The notes beneath the pieces were generated by a model. It saw only the letters and a program-made list of their open reading frames with translations, ran no database searches and was not told the DNA's origin. A stretch of DNA of 45,911 nt. Source: Octopus bimaculoides (lineage: Eukaryota). The stretch spans positions 22,180,980-22,226,890 of the forward strand of contig NC_068997.1 in the NCBI RefSeq assembly GCF_001194135.2, in the 5' to 3' direction. Within the stretch, counting starts at the first letter, position 1; the number at the start of each line of letters is the position of its first letter. Positions 1 through 11,916 of the stretch are shown here, in pieces. The translations under genes and the position numbers were made by a program.

Positions 1-992
1 TATATATACATATACATACACACACACATATATATACACACACATATATGTATACATATGTATGTATATATATAAACAAAATAATAATATGTGTGCATAC
101 ATGTCGTGAACTTGCCCCAGCCTCTTTTTTCATACTTGTAATATTTCTAATAATTCTCTATAATAACGACATAGTTGTTTTACATGTCCTTTGAGCGTAT
201 TTTATAGTTCATAAAATATATAAGAAAAATAAACGAAGTAAAGATTTCAAGTAGATCATTTATCATTAAATAATTATTCCAACACAGTGGCCTTATGCCA
301 ACATGTGAAACCAGTAATAGTTTTAAACTATTTCTTTTTCTTTTTCTGTTCGTGTCGTCTATAGACATATCCTTTATTAGGTAAATAGATGCTGATGGTG
401 ATCAAAATAATGTTTAAGAGAATTATGGAGCAGAAATTAGAAAGGGCGCTCTCATATTACTTACTAAACGCTTAGTTTACGGCCTTGATTCACTGATAAG
501 TCAGTCACAAAAGAGAACATAGATGTATACATATTCACACATATAGACTGAAACAACCTTAATAAGCATATATACTCATTGAGATATATCCTGTCTCTTC
601 TCTCTCTCTCTTTCTCTCTCAAACAGAAACATAGAAACGAGCTCTCATATAGACGTATATATGAATGTGTATGTAAGTATGTATCTATTCTACTTGCTAT
701 AGTTCAGAAGATTTTCGCAAGAATATACTTCAAACAAACTAAATGAGACAATCAAAATAGGAGCTACATAGATAATTTCCTATATCCAACACACGTGCAC
801 ACATAAACAGAAAGACACACACACGAACGCACGTTCACGTGTAAATTTCCGTAGATTTGTATACCATATATCTGTGCATGCCTCTGTAGTAATTAGACAA
901 ACAGGATTTTCACTGCATGAAATAAATAAACTGAAATAATGAATTTCAAACAAATACATATAAACAAACAAGCGCAATATGCTCATATATAC

Positions 993-1082
993 CTTACAAT
1001 AACCTTCCGGGACAACAAAATGTTTCCCAAAGAAATGTTTTCTAGTAAAACATTGCTCTGTAAGGCAGCCGGCCACGGAAGG
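993..1082 (-). CDS. Candidate 90-nt internal coding exon of an unidentified host gene
   Basis: Minus strand reads ttttatattcAG|ccttccgtggcc...ggttattgtaag|GTatat. The length is 90 nt (a multiple of 3) and two frames are open: PSVAGCLTEQCFTRKHFFGKHFVVPEGYCK or LPWPAALQSNVLLENISLGNILLSRKVIV. It lies in unique sequence that is more GC-rich than its flanks. I do not recognise the protein family. Confidence 0.3.
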
Positions 1083-1520
1083 CTGAATATAAAACTATCT
1101 GATAAACGCAAATGTAAAGTAAAAAATATATATTCGCTGTAACGTAATCAGATATGTGTATATAAGTATCTTGAGGAATATGAACACAAAAGCGCTTCAT
1201 ATGTGCCCAGATATTACAATAATCTACATGATTTATACAGTGCACATTTCAATAACAAAGAATGCTCTCAATAACAGAAAATACGTACAAACTGATCTGA
1301 GCAATAGAAATATTATATGCATATGTAAGTGTGAATATGTGGCTTTATATTTATGGATATGCACGTATACGTGATTTCTCTATATAAGTATACGCGTTTA
1401 ACACCACCATATATCTTAACACACAGTGTCTTTTGACTCATCATTAAATTATCGAATTAAAAATGGGAAATGTATAAATAAATAGATAAATTATACAATC
1501 CAAGAACTTTTACAATAAAC

Positions 1521-1638
<118 letters not shown>

Positions 1639-3189
1639 TAAAATCTCGAAGATGTGAATGGAATGATATTAGAAGACTAATACAAAAATTTGATTTTGCA
1701 TTCTCCTTATTTTTTCCATTTTCTTTCTTCCGTTCTTCCTAACACCTTTCGTTGTCTCGTCTCTTTATTTGTCATTAGCAAGAAAACAGACAGAAATCAT
1801 CAACAAAAGAAACAAGAAGTTTGTGTTGTAGCTAGTTAGTTAGCTTTAATAATCCTTTAGCTAGAAGAACTTTCATGTCTGGCGGCAGTATACAGACAAT
1901 AGCACATAAAACATGTCAGTTCTAATTAAAACTCTACTCCGTGACGACCTTATTGCATTTGGCGTGTTTAATTTACATCCAGCATATCTGGTCTGACTCG
2001 CTCGATTTATTTTCGAAGTCTTTTGAATCCGGTTCACATGCTCACAATATTCTATTCCATACTCCACAACCCACATATCATGCACCGTTGTTAATGTTGT
2101 TATTGTTGTCATTGCTATTATTGTTTTTTGTCGTTGTTGATGTGCATGTCGTTATTGATTTGGCAGAATCGGTAAAAACGATGGGTATTTAGTTTACGTT
2201 TCTTTATGCGTACAGTTCGAATAGTGACTAGAGCTTACTTCACTTTTTATACTACCGTGGTCGTTGAAATATAGTAACATTTGAGATCTGTGTCGATCAC
2301 AATTTTCTGTATCCTCACTACGGCCAAATTAGGGATTCCTTGTATGTATGTATGTATGCATATATATAGTTGATTAATAAATTCAAAAAAGGATAAAAAT
2401 CTTTTACAAGAATTTTATCAGGAAGCCAGCGTGTAAAAAAATTCGTAAGGAAAATTTCTATTCCCAAGAATATAATTATTCGTTTATATTTATATAAGGG
2501 CATTACTACAGAATAATACCACACACTAGACTTCCCAAATAAACACATTTTAGTACCGAATGCGAGGAAAGCAACCAACAGAAGAAGACCAACTTTCTTT
2601 TAAATAACTCAACTATGTATCGACCGATTTCGCGATTACTAGAATGAAATCTAGTTTCCGTTCATCAGCACAGTTCAAAATATATATATATATAAATAAA
2701 CATATATTTATATATNNNNNNNNNNNNNNNNNNNNNNNNNNNNNNNNNNNNNNNNNNNNNNNNNNNNNNNNNNNNNNNNNNNNNNNNNNNNNNNNNNNNN
2801 NNNNNNNNNNNNNNNNNNNNNNNNNNNNNNNNNNNNNNNNNNNNNNNNNNNNNNNNNNNNNNNNNNNNNNNNNNNNNNNNNNNNNNNNNNNNNNNNNNNN
2901 NNNNNNNNNNNNNNNNNNNNNNNNNNNNNNNNNNNNNNNNNNNNNNNNNNNNNNNNNNNNNNNNNNNNNNNNNNNNNNNNNNNNNNNNNNNNNNNNNNNN
3001 NNNNNNNNNNNNNNNNNNNNNNNNNNNNNNNNNNNNNNNNNNNNNNNNNNNNNNNNNNNNNNNNNNNNNNNNNNNNNNNNNNNNNNNNNNNNNNNNNNNN
3101 NNNNNNNNNNNNNNNNATATAGATATAGATATAGATATATAGATATATATACATATATACGACGGGTTATATATATGTGTGTGTATATG

Positions 3190-3404
3190 TTTGTGTGTCT
3201 GTTTGTCCTCCCACCATCGCTTGACAACCGATGCTGGTGTGCTTACGTCCCCGTAACTTAGCGGTTCGGCAAAAAGAGACCGATAGAATAAGTACTAGGC
3301 TTCCAACGAATAAGTCCTGGGGTCGATTTGCTCGACTAAAGGCGTTGCTCCAGCATGGCCGCAGTCAAGTGACTGAAACAAGTAAAAGAGTAAAAGAGTA
3401 AGAG
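3190..3404 (+). mobile_element. SINE family A, 3' half
   Basis: gtttgtcctcccaccatcgcttgacaaccgatgctggtgtg...ccagcatggccgcagtcaagtgactgaaacaagtaaaagag. Matches the copies at 7040, 34555, 36011 (reverse) and 42945 (reverse). Confidence 0.9.
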
Positions 3405-3900
3405 TTACAATCGAAGAAAACAGTAGCTTACCTCCCTTTGCTAAAACTGCATAATGGCCACAGAAACGAAATAAGATATCAGAACAAATGTTATGAGATA
3501 TTAAAGTTTACAGTTTAGTGAGGTATCATGAAGACAATCAGAAGTACAACTATCATCTAATGAATAAAAATGTACTAAGACGTACATAAAGACGACAGTA
3601 AAAACATCAACTGAGTGAAGTGTTGTTGCTTGCTAACGGTTGTTTGGTTGTCTGTAGCTGTGTGCTTTCTGTTTGTTTTATTCTGTTATTAGTGAATAAC
3701 AGTGAATAACAGAATATAATATCGCAATAAAACTACCACTGTCAAGCGACCATAGAAATATGTATATTTGTGAGCGTATATATGTATGTGTGTGTGCATA
3801 ATTATAGATACTTACATACACACACACACACACACGTATATAAATCTATACACACACATCTCTCTCTCTCTCTGTCTCTTTCTCTGTCTTTGTCTATCTA

Positions 3901-3958
<58 letters not shown>

Positions 3959-4024
3959 GTCTCATATAGAAATATAAATATATACATAGACTTATGTATA
4001 TATATACTCACCAGGATACGCACG

Positions 4025-4056
<32 letters not shown>

Positions 4057-4129
4057 CACACACATATATCTACACACATATGTACGTATATATNNNNNNN
4101 NNNCACATATATCTACACACATATGTACG

Positions 4130-4177
<48 letters not shown>

Positions 4178-4359
4178 TGTGCGTGTAAGTAAATGTATAT
4201 GTGTATATGTAAGTGTGCATGTTTGTATATTCGCGAGAGTGCCTATAACACTTCAGTCAACAAACAGCTCAGATCAAGTTGTAATAAGACGGTTATAATA
4301 TAGCAGTAAAATCATCAGTATCAAATTAGACGTCATGACATGGAAATTAAGAGAAAAGG

Positions 4360-4399
4360 TGGGAAGGAGAAGGAGAGGAAAATATAATAATATACATAC

Positions 4400-4461
<62 letters not shown>

Positions 4462-4615
4462 AAAAGGAGAGAGAAAGAGACAAAGATATAAAGTGAAATA
4501 GGAGAAATGAGAATGAAGCGGAGAGGGAAAAGGAAAATAATATGTAAATAAAAAGAGATGGAAAAGAGAGAGAGAAAGGGAGAGAGGAAAGTGGAAGAGT
4601 GAAAATAAGAAAGAA

Positions 4616-4657
<42 letters not shown>

Positions 4658-5230
4658 AGATAAATTGTGGGAGAGGTTCGGAGGAGTGATAGGAATAGGG
4701 ATAAATATAAAATGAGAGAAGGGGAAACAGGGGAAAATAAACATATGTATATAGAAAAAGAAAATTAAAAGGAGAGAGAAATAGATTTAAAGATACGAAA
4801 AGAGAGAGGAAGAGTGAAAGAGAGAAAGAGAAGGAAAGGGACATATTGAGAGAATGCATGGAAAGAAGAATGAAAAGAGACAGAGACAGAGGCATTTATG
4901 AAGAGTAAGTAGAAAGAGCGATCCAGGTTTTATGGATGCAAGATTTGTAGGAAACAAAAGGAAAAGAGTAGGAAGCGTTAAGTAATGGATTCTTGAGGGA
5001 AAAAAGATGGGGAGCAGAAGTACAAGGAGGGGTGGAATAGAAATTAAGGAAAGGGGAGGGTGGTTTTGTTTTGAAAGAAGTGAGTGGTGTCATTAAATAG
5101 AGAAAAAAAGGTGGTGAGGTTTGATGATGGAGGAGGATGGTGAACTAGGGAGAGAATTTGGTGGAGGGGGCGGGGGGGGGCGGTGAGTGAGAGAGTTGAA
5201 AATGGAAGAGAAAATTGGAAAGAACTGGAC
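4360..5230 (+). repeat. Polypurine (GA-rich) low-complexity tract
   Basis: Almost exclusively A/G on the plus strand, with embedded (GA)n runs. Confidence 0.9.
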
Positions 5231-5547
5231 GAAGTAAAGAGAACGGGAACGAACTCCGTCCTTCTGCTTCTTCTATCCCTCCACCCATCTACTCCACCTC
5301 CTCCTCCTCCTCTTCCTTCTGCACCTCCTCACTATCATCATCTTCCTCATTAAGACTTCCTGGTCGTCGTTCTCTCTCTCCTTCTCCTCATCGACATCAT
5401 CATCACCAACATCATCAACATTTCTATCATCATCATCATCATTTTTTCCATGATCGTGAAGAAAATTATCGCCACCTCTACAGGTATAGTAACACACACA
5501 CATGCACACATACACCCATATAAACACGCACATGCACACACAAACAC

Positions 5548-5630
5548 ATAAATTTAGCTTCATAAGACGCTAAAGTAAAATTCAACGAGAAGTTGAATTT
5601 AACGTTAGCGTCTTATGAAGCTAAATTTAT
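5548..5630. other. Near-perfect inverted repeat (39-bp arms, 5-nt loop)
   Basis: Left arm is ataaatttagcttcataagacgctaaagtaaaattcaac, loop is gagaa, right arm is gttgaatttaacgttagcgtcttatgaagctaaatttat. The arms match at 37 of 39 positions. Confidence 0.95.
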
Positions 5631-5661
5631 AAGTTCTAAAATTGCAGAAGATTTCGTTGCT

Positions 5662-5735
5662 GGGCAGTTTAGTTTAATGGTAAAACACTTGACGCGTAAT
5701 CACAGATATGTTAGTTCGAGTCTCATGGCTGGCCA
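5662..5735 (+). pseudogene. Degenerate tRNA-like sequence (tRNA pseudogene or SINE head), CGT at the anticodon position
   Basis: gggcagt-ttagtttaatggtaaaac-a-cttga-cgcgtaa-tcaca-gatat-gttag-ttcgagt-ctcat-ggctggcca. It has an A-box-like D arm, a B-box (gttcgagtc) and acceptor-like ends, but the stems are mismatched and position 33 is G rather than U. Confidence 0.6.
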
Positions 5736-6527
5736 GTAACGTATTTTTCTGCAATAAATGGATAATTTATCCTGATCACGCTATTTATAGCATTATTACG
5801 CGTTTGAGAAATAGATTTATTTCTGTATCTTACAATACATCTCAACGCATCTAAAAAAATAAAAACAAACTTTGTTTGTTTACTTTCATCGTAAAGTTGA
5901 ATTTATATATATATATATTTATATAATATAAATGGAACATGGGTGACTGTTGTATTCTTTCTTGTCTCGAGGTTCACAGCCAAACAAACGGCTGGGTGGA
6001 TTCGCGTGAAAAATGGCACACTTGTGGAGACGGGTGCATAGATTGAAACGCGGTTTGTATTTTTTCCTATCCCCCATAGTTACCGAGAGAATCGATTAGA
6101 ACAACCTGCGTGCGTGCGTGTATGTGAGTGTGTATCACTGAAGCCATTCATACATACATACATACATAACCACTCTCTCTCTCTCTTTCTCTCTCGATTT
6201 CTCTCAATTTTTGCTCTCTGCAAATAACATTTTTACGGATACAACTGCTTACAAAGATTGGGATTAATGTATAATTTTCTTCAATGTTCATAATTAAATA
6301 AATGTTTTAATGATTAGACAGACGTCCAATAGAATAGCTCCAAGAAACAGACGACATACAAATTCTTTCTTCACAATTCCTGAAGCTATTTTCTGACAGG
6401 TGGAGTGGTGAAATCTTCATACAGTTAGAAGCGCCAATCGAAACAGGAAACCCGAAATAATAAGGTTGAGAAACGGTGTTATAGATTATGCCTAACCGAA
6501 AACGATCACGGCCACATCATCGAAACA

Positions 6528-6553
6528 GACCGGGTGAAACCGGGTTTAGCTGG
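6528..6553 (+). mobile_element. Possible Helitron 3' terminus
   Basis: A short ccgg-gtgaaa-ccgg hairpin is followed within about 7 nt by CTGG and then T, fitting the Helitron hairpin + CTRR|T rule. The motif is short and no matching 5' end was found. Confidence 0.3.
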
Positions 6554-6817
6554 TACTATATATATNNNNNNNNNNNNNNNNNNNNNNNNNNNNNNNNNNN
6601 NNNNNNNNNNNNNNNNNNNNNNNNNNNNNNNNNNNNNNNNNNNNNNNNNNNNNNNNNNNNNNNNNNNNNNNNNNNNNNNNNNNNNNNNNNNNNNNNNNNN
6701 NNNNNNNNNNNNNNNNNNNNNNNNNNNNNNNNNNNNNNNNNNNNNNNNNNNNNNNNNNNNNNNNNNNNNNNNNNNNNNNNNNNNNNNNNNNNNNNNNNNN
6801 NNNNNNNNNNNNNNNNN

Positions 6818-6855
<38 letters not shown>

Positions 6856-6869
6856 CGTGGCTATGCGGA

Positions 6870-7255
6870 GGCGCAGGCGTGGCTGTGTGGTAAGAAGCTT
6901 GCTTCTCAACCACATGGTCCCGGGTTCAATCACACTGCGTGGCACCTCAGGCAAGTGTCTTCTACTGTAGCCTCGGGCCGAAACTGAAAGAAGCATGCCG
7001 TATATATGTGTGTGTGCGCGCGTGTGTGCGTATATGTGTTTGTGTGTGCGTTTCTCCCCCCCACCCCCAACAACGTTTGACAACCGATGTTGGCATGTAT
7101 TTACGTCCCCTTTTACTTTGTGGTTCACCAGAAGAGCCCGATAGAATAAGCACCGAGCTTACAAGAATAAGTCCAGGGGTCGATTTCTTCGACAACGTAG
7201 CAGCGCTCCAGCATGGCCACAGTCAAATGACTGCAACAGGTAAAAGAAAAAAAGA
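6870..7255 (+). mobile_element. SINE family A, near full length (tRNA-derived head, CORE-like segment, internal microsatellite, 3' tail)
   Basis: Head ggcgcaggcgtggctgtgtggtaagaagc...gggttcaatc carries A/B boxes. It is followed by gcgtggcacctcaggcaagtgtcttc (resembles the CORE domain, from memory), a (GT)n/(AT)n spacer and the shared tail. Confidence 0.9.
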
Positions 7256-7284
7256 GTATAGAAATATATACAAATGTATGTGTT

Positions 7285-7500
7285 TCTCCTCTCGCACCAT
7301 TTGACAACCGGTGTTACCTTGTTTAGGTCCCTGTAATAAAGCAGTTCTATAAAAGTGACCGATGGAAAAATTAACTGACTTAAAAAAAAAAAACAAAAGA
7401 AAAACAGAAAAATAAGTTCTAGTGTAAATTTCTTTGACAGGAACCCCTCAAGGTAGTCCCCCAGCACGCTAGTAGTCCAATAATTAGAACAAGTAAAAAC
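7285..7500 (+). mobile_element. SINE family A tail, degenerate
   Basis: ttgacaaccggtgttacc...ccctgtaataaagcagttc...gaccgatggaa is homologous to the tail at 3190. Confidence 0.6.
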
Positions 7501-7691
7501 AAACATAAACTTAGGATGACTCGTATAACGCAAGCCTAGAGTTAAACAACGGTGTCAAATCAGAAAACCTTGTGTATACATGCATATATGTATACATACA
7601 TACATACATGCATGTATGCATACATATATACATATATGCACACATACATACATGCATACATATATTCATACATACATATATAAATACATAC

Positions 7692-7738
<47 letters not shown>

Positions 7739-8414
7739 NNNNNNNNNNNNNNNNNNNNNNNNNNNNNNNNNNNNNNNNNNNNNNNNNNNNNNNNNNNNNN
7801 NNNNNNNNNNNNNNNNNNNNNNNNNNNNNNNNNNNNNNNNNNNNNNNNNNNNNNNNNNNNNNNNNNNNNNNNNNNNNNNNNNNNNNNNNNNNNNNNNNNN
7901 NNNNNNNNNNNNNNNNNNNNNNNNNNNNNNNNNNNNNNNNNNNNNNNNNNNNNNNNNNNNNNNNNNNNNNNNNNNNNNNNNNNNNNNNNNNNNNNNNNNN
8001 NNNNNNNNNNNNNNNNNNNNNNNNNNNNNNNNNNNNNNNNNNNNNNNNNNNNNNNNNNNNNNNNNNNNNNNNNNNNNNNNNNNNNNNNNNNNNNNNNNNN
8101 NNNNNNNNNNNNNNNNNNNNNNNNNNNNNNNNNNNNNNNNNNNNNNNNNNNNNNNNNNNNNNNNNNNNNNNNNNNNNNNNNNNNNNNNNNNNNNNNNNNN
8201 NNNNNNNNNNNNNNNNNNNNNNNNNNNNNNNNNNNNNNNNNNNNNNNNNNNNNNNNNNNNNNNNATCTGTTAAACGTACTGGTCCGCAATTTAACCACCC
8301 AACAATCTTTTATTTTTTTGTGTCGTTTACGATGTTTCAATCGCTTGACTACTGTGGCCATGCCAGAGCTACAACTTGAAGAGATTTAGTGTTTATTATG
8401 AAAATTTGGTGCTT

Positions 8415-8520
8415 ACCCTATCGGTGAGTTTCACCGAACCGATAAGATACAAGCTTGTAAACAAACCAGCATTGGTTGGCACACAGTGATGGGGGTACAA
8501 ACACAAACGTATTGAAACTC
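8415..8520 (-). mobile_element. SINE family A tail fragment
   Basis: ccgaaccgataagatac...aaacaaaccagcattggttggcacacagtgatgggggtacaaacac is the reverse complement of the family A tail. Confidence 0.55.
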
Positions 8521-8545
8521 TTTAGCACAAACACAACCCATCCCC

Positions 8546-8614
<69 letters not shown>

Positions 8615-8669
8615 CAAATATGAATTTCAAGCAGTTCGAGGTACATGAACAAAGTCGAATACACACACA

Positions 8670-8782
8670 AAGGGTACATGTGTTGTTAGTTCGTGGGTCA
8701 CCAGCCGTTTTAGGCGTTAGAAATATATTCTTTTATGACTAAAAGTCGCATCTGGCCCACGAATTAACAACACATACCTTTT
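8670..8782. mobile_element. MITE-like element with terminal inverted repeats
   Basis: atgtgttgttagttcgtgggtca (8678-8700) and tggcccacgaattaacaacacat (8753-8775) are inverted repeats matching at 21 of 23 positions around a 52-nt spacer. Confidence 0.65.
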
Positions 8783-9059
8783 ATATGTGTGATCGACTTT
8801 ATATATATATGTCTTGCAAACAACTCGCACATGCAAGTGCTACCAGTCAAGAACTCCGCATACCGGAAGCCAGCAAGTGTATGGGGTCATCAGGAGAGAA
8901 TGCGCGCCGTTTCGGGGCCTACCTCTCGACAGCATCAATGCGCACCGGCCCCCCCTCACTGATATGAGGCCCCGCTTGCTAGATCAACTGATTATTAAAA
9001 CAAAGCTCAATATTTCTCTAGCCATTGCTCATCGTCTCTTTTTATATATACTCGCATTC

Positions 9060-9378
9060 CTCCAGTTACGACGACAATTGTTCCAGTTGATCTGATCAGC
9101 GAAGCAGCCGGCTCGTGAAATTTAAGTGAGAAGTTCACAGATACGAGTACTCTAAACGTAGTTCTCAGGAAGATTCAGTATAGCACAGGATGTGACAAGG
9201 TTGGCAAAACTGAGTGGTAACTTTGAAATACAGGTGCTACTAATTTCTGTCAGCTGAGTGGACTGGAGTAACGTGCAATGAAGGGTCATGCTCAAGAAGC
9301 AAAATACGACGCCAGGAATCTAACTCATGACCTTACGATCGTAAGCCAAATACCGTAACCATTAACCCACGTGCCTTA
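9060..9378 (-). mobile_element. SINE family C (tRNA-derived, CORE-like domain)
   Basis: Minus strand reads aaggcacgtgggttaatggttacggtatttggcttacgatcgtaaggtcatgagttagattcctggcg (A/B boxes), then cttgagcatgacccttcattgcacgttactccagtccactcagctg (CORE-like). Confidence 0.8.
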
Positions 9379-9419
9379 GAAATGTCGAGTTTTATTATTT
9401 TTCCACTTTAATAATTAGA

Positions 9420-10000
9420 TACGGTAGAGAAAGGTGGTATTCAAGAAATCCAAGAATAGAAGAGTGGAAATAATCAAGCACTTTATTGCTACTAGTTATG
9501 TAAACCTTCTTGTTGAGTTTCGTCCAGGTTTCTCTAAATCTTTTGAGAAACGCCACGTCTGGACCAAAGTTACATCCATCAGTGAGTCAAAACAGCTCCT
9601 AAAAACTAACTCAAAAATGTGATGACGGCAAGGTTACTACAACAGGTCACGATTGAACGACTTTTCTAGGTTTGTACTGGCACCATTCACTCGGCCTGTG
9701 TTGCTTGCTGTCGTATCACAGCAAAGTGCCTGAATTTTGTCGGTTATACCTCACTTTTCCACTGCTTGGTAAACAGCCATAGCTTGCTGTTCTCCTCTAG
9801 ATGTTGGAATTTCCGGGACTCCCAACAATTGTTCCTTGCCCTGAAAAGTTATTATATTGCCAGTCTATCAATCTTTTCAACGCTTGTGAGTGCTGGGAGC
9901 AGCTTTCCATCCCACTGCGACACTAATTCTTGACAGTCGTTTAGGTTAAATTTGTACTGTATTTCTGTGTGTCTCGCTTCTCCAAATTTTGTTCTAAGGC
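9420..10000 (-). mobile_element. hAT-superfamily (hATm-like) transposase remnant, pseudogenised
   Basis: Translation across two frameshifts gives ELVSQWDGKLLPALTSVEKIDRLAI/ITFQGKEQLLGVPEIPTSRGEQQAMAVYQAVEK*GITDKIQALCCDTTASNTGRVNGASTNLEKSFNRDLL**PCRHHIFELVFRSCFDSLMDVT/GPDVAFLKRFRETW. WDGK, DTTASNTG and CRHH are the catalytic D, D and CxxH motifs. Confidence 0.9.
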
Positions 10001-11439
10001 ATTGATAATAAGTATACGAAGCACATATCATTATAAAACGGAGAGGTTATAAACATGGTATTACAACTTTGTCAGGATTACCAACACTACAGGGGGAAGA
10101 TCTATACCATAATGCGCCACAACAAAATGAAAAAGTGCTTACAAGTTATTACAAATAATTTAACTTATATTTACACACGCGGACAAGTCATATTAGTTCA
10201 CTGTTTATCACTAATGTATATATCTTAATATTTTATTTCTCAACACTACCATTAGATGCTGTACAATTCTTTCAACAGACGAACGTAACTCACAACCTTA
10301 CTCGCACACGGCTGGCCACCAAGTGGACGTCGGCGAAAAATATTTATTAGCACTTTGAAAATTTGAAAATTGCCTTCCTCATTATATTTATTAGCACTTA
10401 TCCTTAATTACCAAAAATAAGTTTGGACAAGTTTTTAATTTAAGAGAAAATTATATAAGTAACAAAAACTTTTTATTTGAAAAAATGACTTGCAAGGTGA
10501 AAACTTCAAACTTTCATGGTCGATGAGGGTCGCCTTCGGGTGTTCGACTGAGCTTAAATTTTGCATAATTTTTTTTTTAATTGGAGCAAGATAGAGGGTG
10601 GAGCTAAACTTTTAGAAAGTTGAAAAATAAGGGCTACTCTAATATGCATATATATGCATATATACATATACATATATACACATATACATATATATGTAGG
10701 TATATATAGATAGATATATAGATACACACACACATGTGTATACAGACAGACAGATAGATAGATAGATAGATATACGTTAATGTAACATGAAGATATGCGC
10801 ATAGTAATGAGCTATTAATTTATCTGATTTTTTCCGTATAAAACTGAAAATGGAGTGCCTGTGTTTAAATATATAATTTGTGAATGTATGTGGGAAAAAA
10901 AAGGAAAGAATAAACAAGGGACAGAATGATAGACTCATAAATACATCATATACGCAGGGAGTATCAACGAGAAAGAAAGAGAGAGACAAAGAGAGACAGA
11001 CAGACATAGAGAAATTGGAGTGAGAAAGAAAGAGAGAAAGAATATGTGAGCGAATGCTTGTGTATGTGGATTAGAATGATTTCAGGCTTTTAACGTTGAA
11101 CCCTAAATGCAATATAAAGACTGCAATCATCGCGCCTTTTCCATTAAAAGGTTACAAAAGTCCCCACTATATAAAATAATGTGTTTTTTATTAGCTTTTA
11201 ATGTGATGGCGGGAAAGTTAGTTCTAGAAGGCTTTTTTTTTTTTTTTGCTTATCACACTCGTTTGTGTGTGTAGCTCCTTTTTTTCCTTTTTCTTTAATA
11301 TTTTTAGATTCAATGATTCTATTATTACAATAATTAAACGATTTCCAAGTGGAAGCAATGTTTATTTTGTTTATTTTTAATTACTGATCAATAGGAGAAA
11401 ATATATTGATTATTTTTAAAATAGTTTTCATCTTAAAGG

Positions 11440-11472
<33 letters not shown>

Positions 11473-11716
11473 GGTGTGTGTGTGCTTCTTAAATTTGCTG
11501 GCCTTGTGCCAAAATTGAAAAAAAAGTTATATCCTACATTAATACTTCGTAATTGTTTGTGATAGGGATTCGAATTCTGGCTAAGGTAATGCTTATTTAA
11601 GGGTTTCTAATTTATGGAGATTTTGTTGCATACATTTACAGACTCAATATTTGCACACATCATCAAGGAACATTGTTAGCAAAGTTTCAAATTTACCCAA
11701 AATATTGTTTCTACTC

Positions 11717-11916
11717 TAGGCACAAGGCCCGAAATTTTGGGGGCGGGGCCTGTCGATTAGATCGACCCCGGTACGCAACTGGTACTTAATTTATCAATCC
11801 CGAAAGGATGAAAAGCAAAGTAGACCTCGGCGGAATTTGAAGTCAGAACGTAAAGACAGATGAAATATCGCTAAGCATTTCGCCCGGTGTCTTAACGTTT
11901 CTGCCAGCTCACCGAC
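11717..11916 (-). mobile_element. SINE family B, near full length
   Basis: Reverse complement of ggtgagctggcagaaacgttaagacaccgggcgaaatgcttagcg...gacttcaaattccgccgaggtctactttgcttttcatcctttcgggattgataaattaagtaccag. Five or more matching copies occur in the window. Confidence 0.92.

Noticed and set aside
4063-4135. Direct repeats flanking 10-nt N-gaps (also about 36587-36666)
   Set aside because: Identical sequence on both sides of a fixed-size gap is the typical signature of unmerged overlapping contig ends.
5160-5185. G-rich run with G-quadruplex potential
   Set aside because: It is an isolated run inside a low-complexity purine tract with no supporting context.
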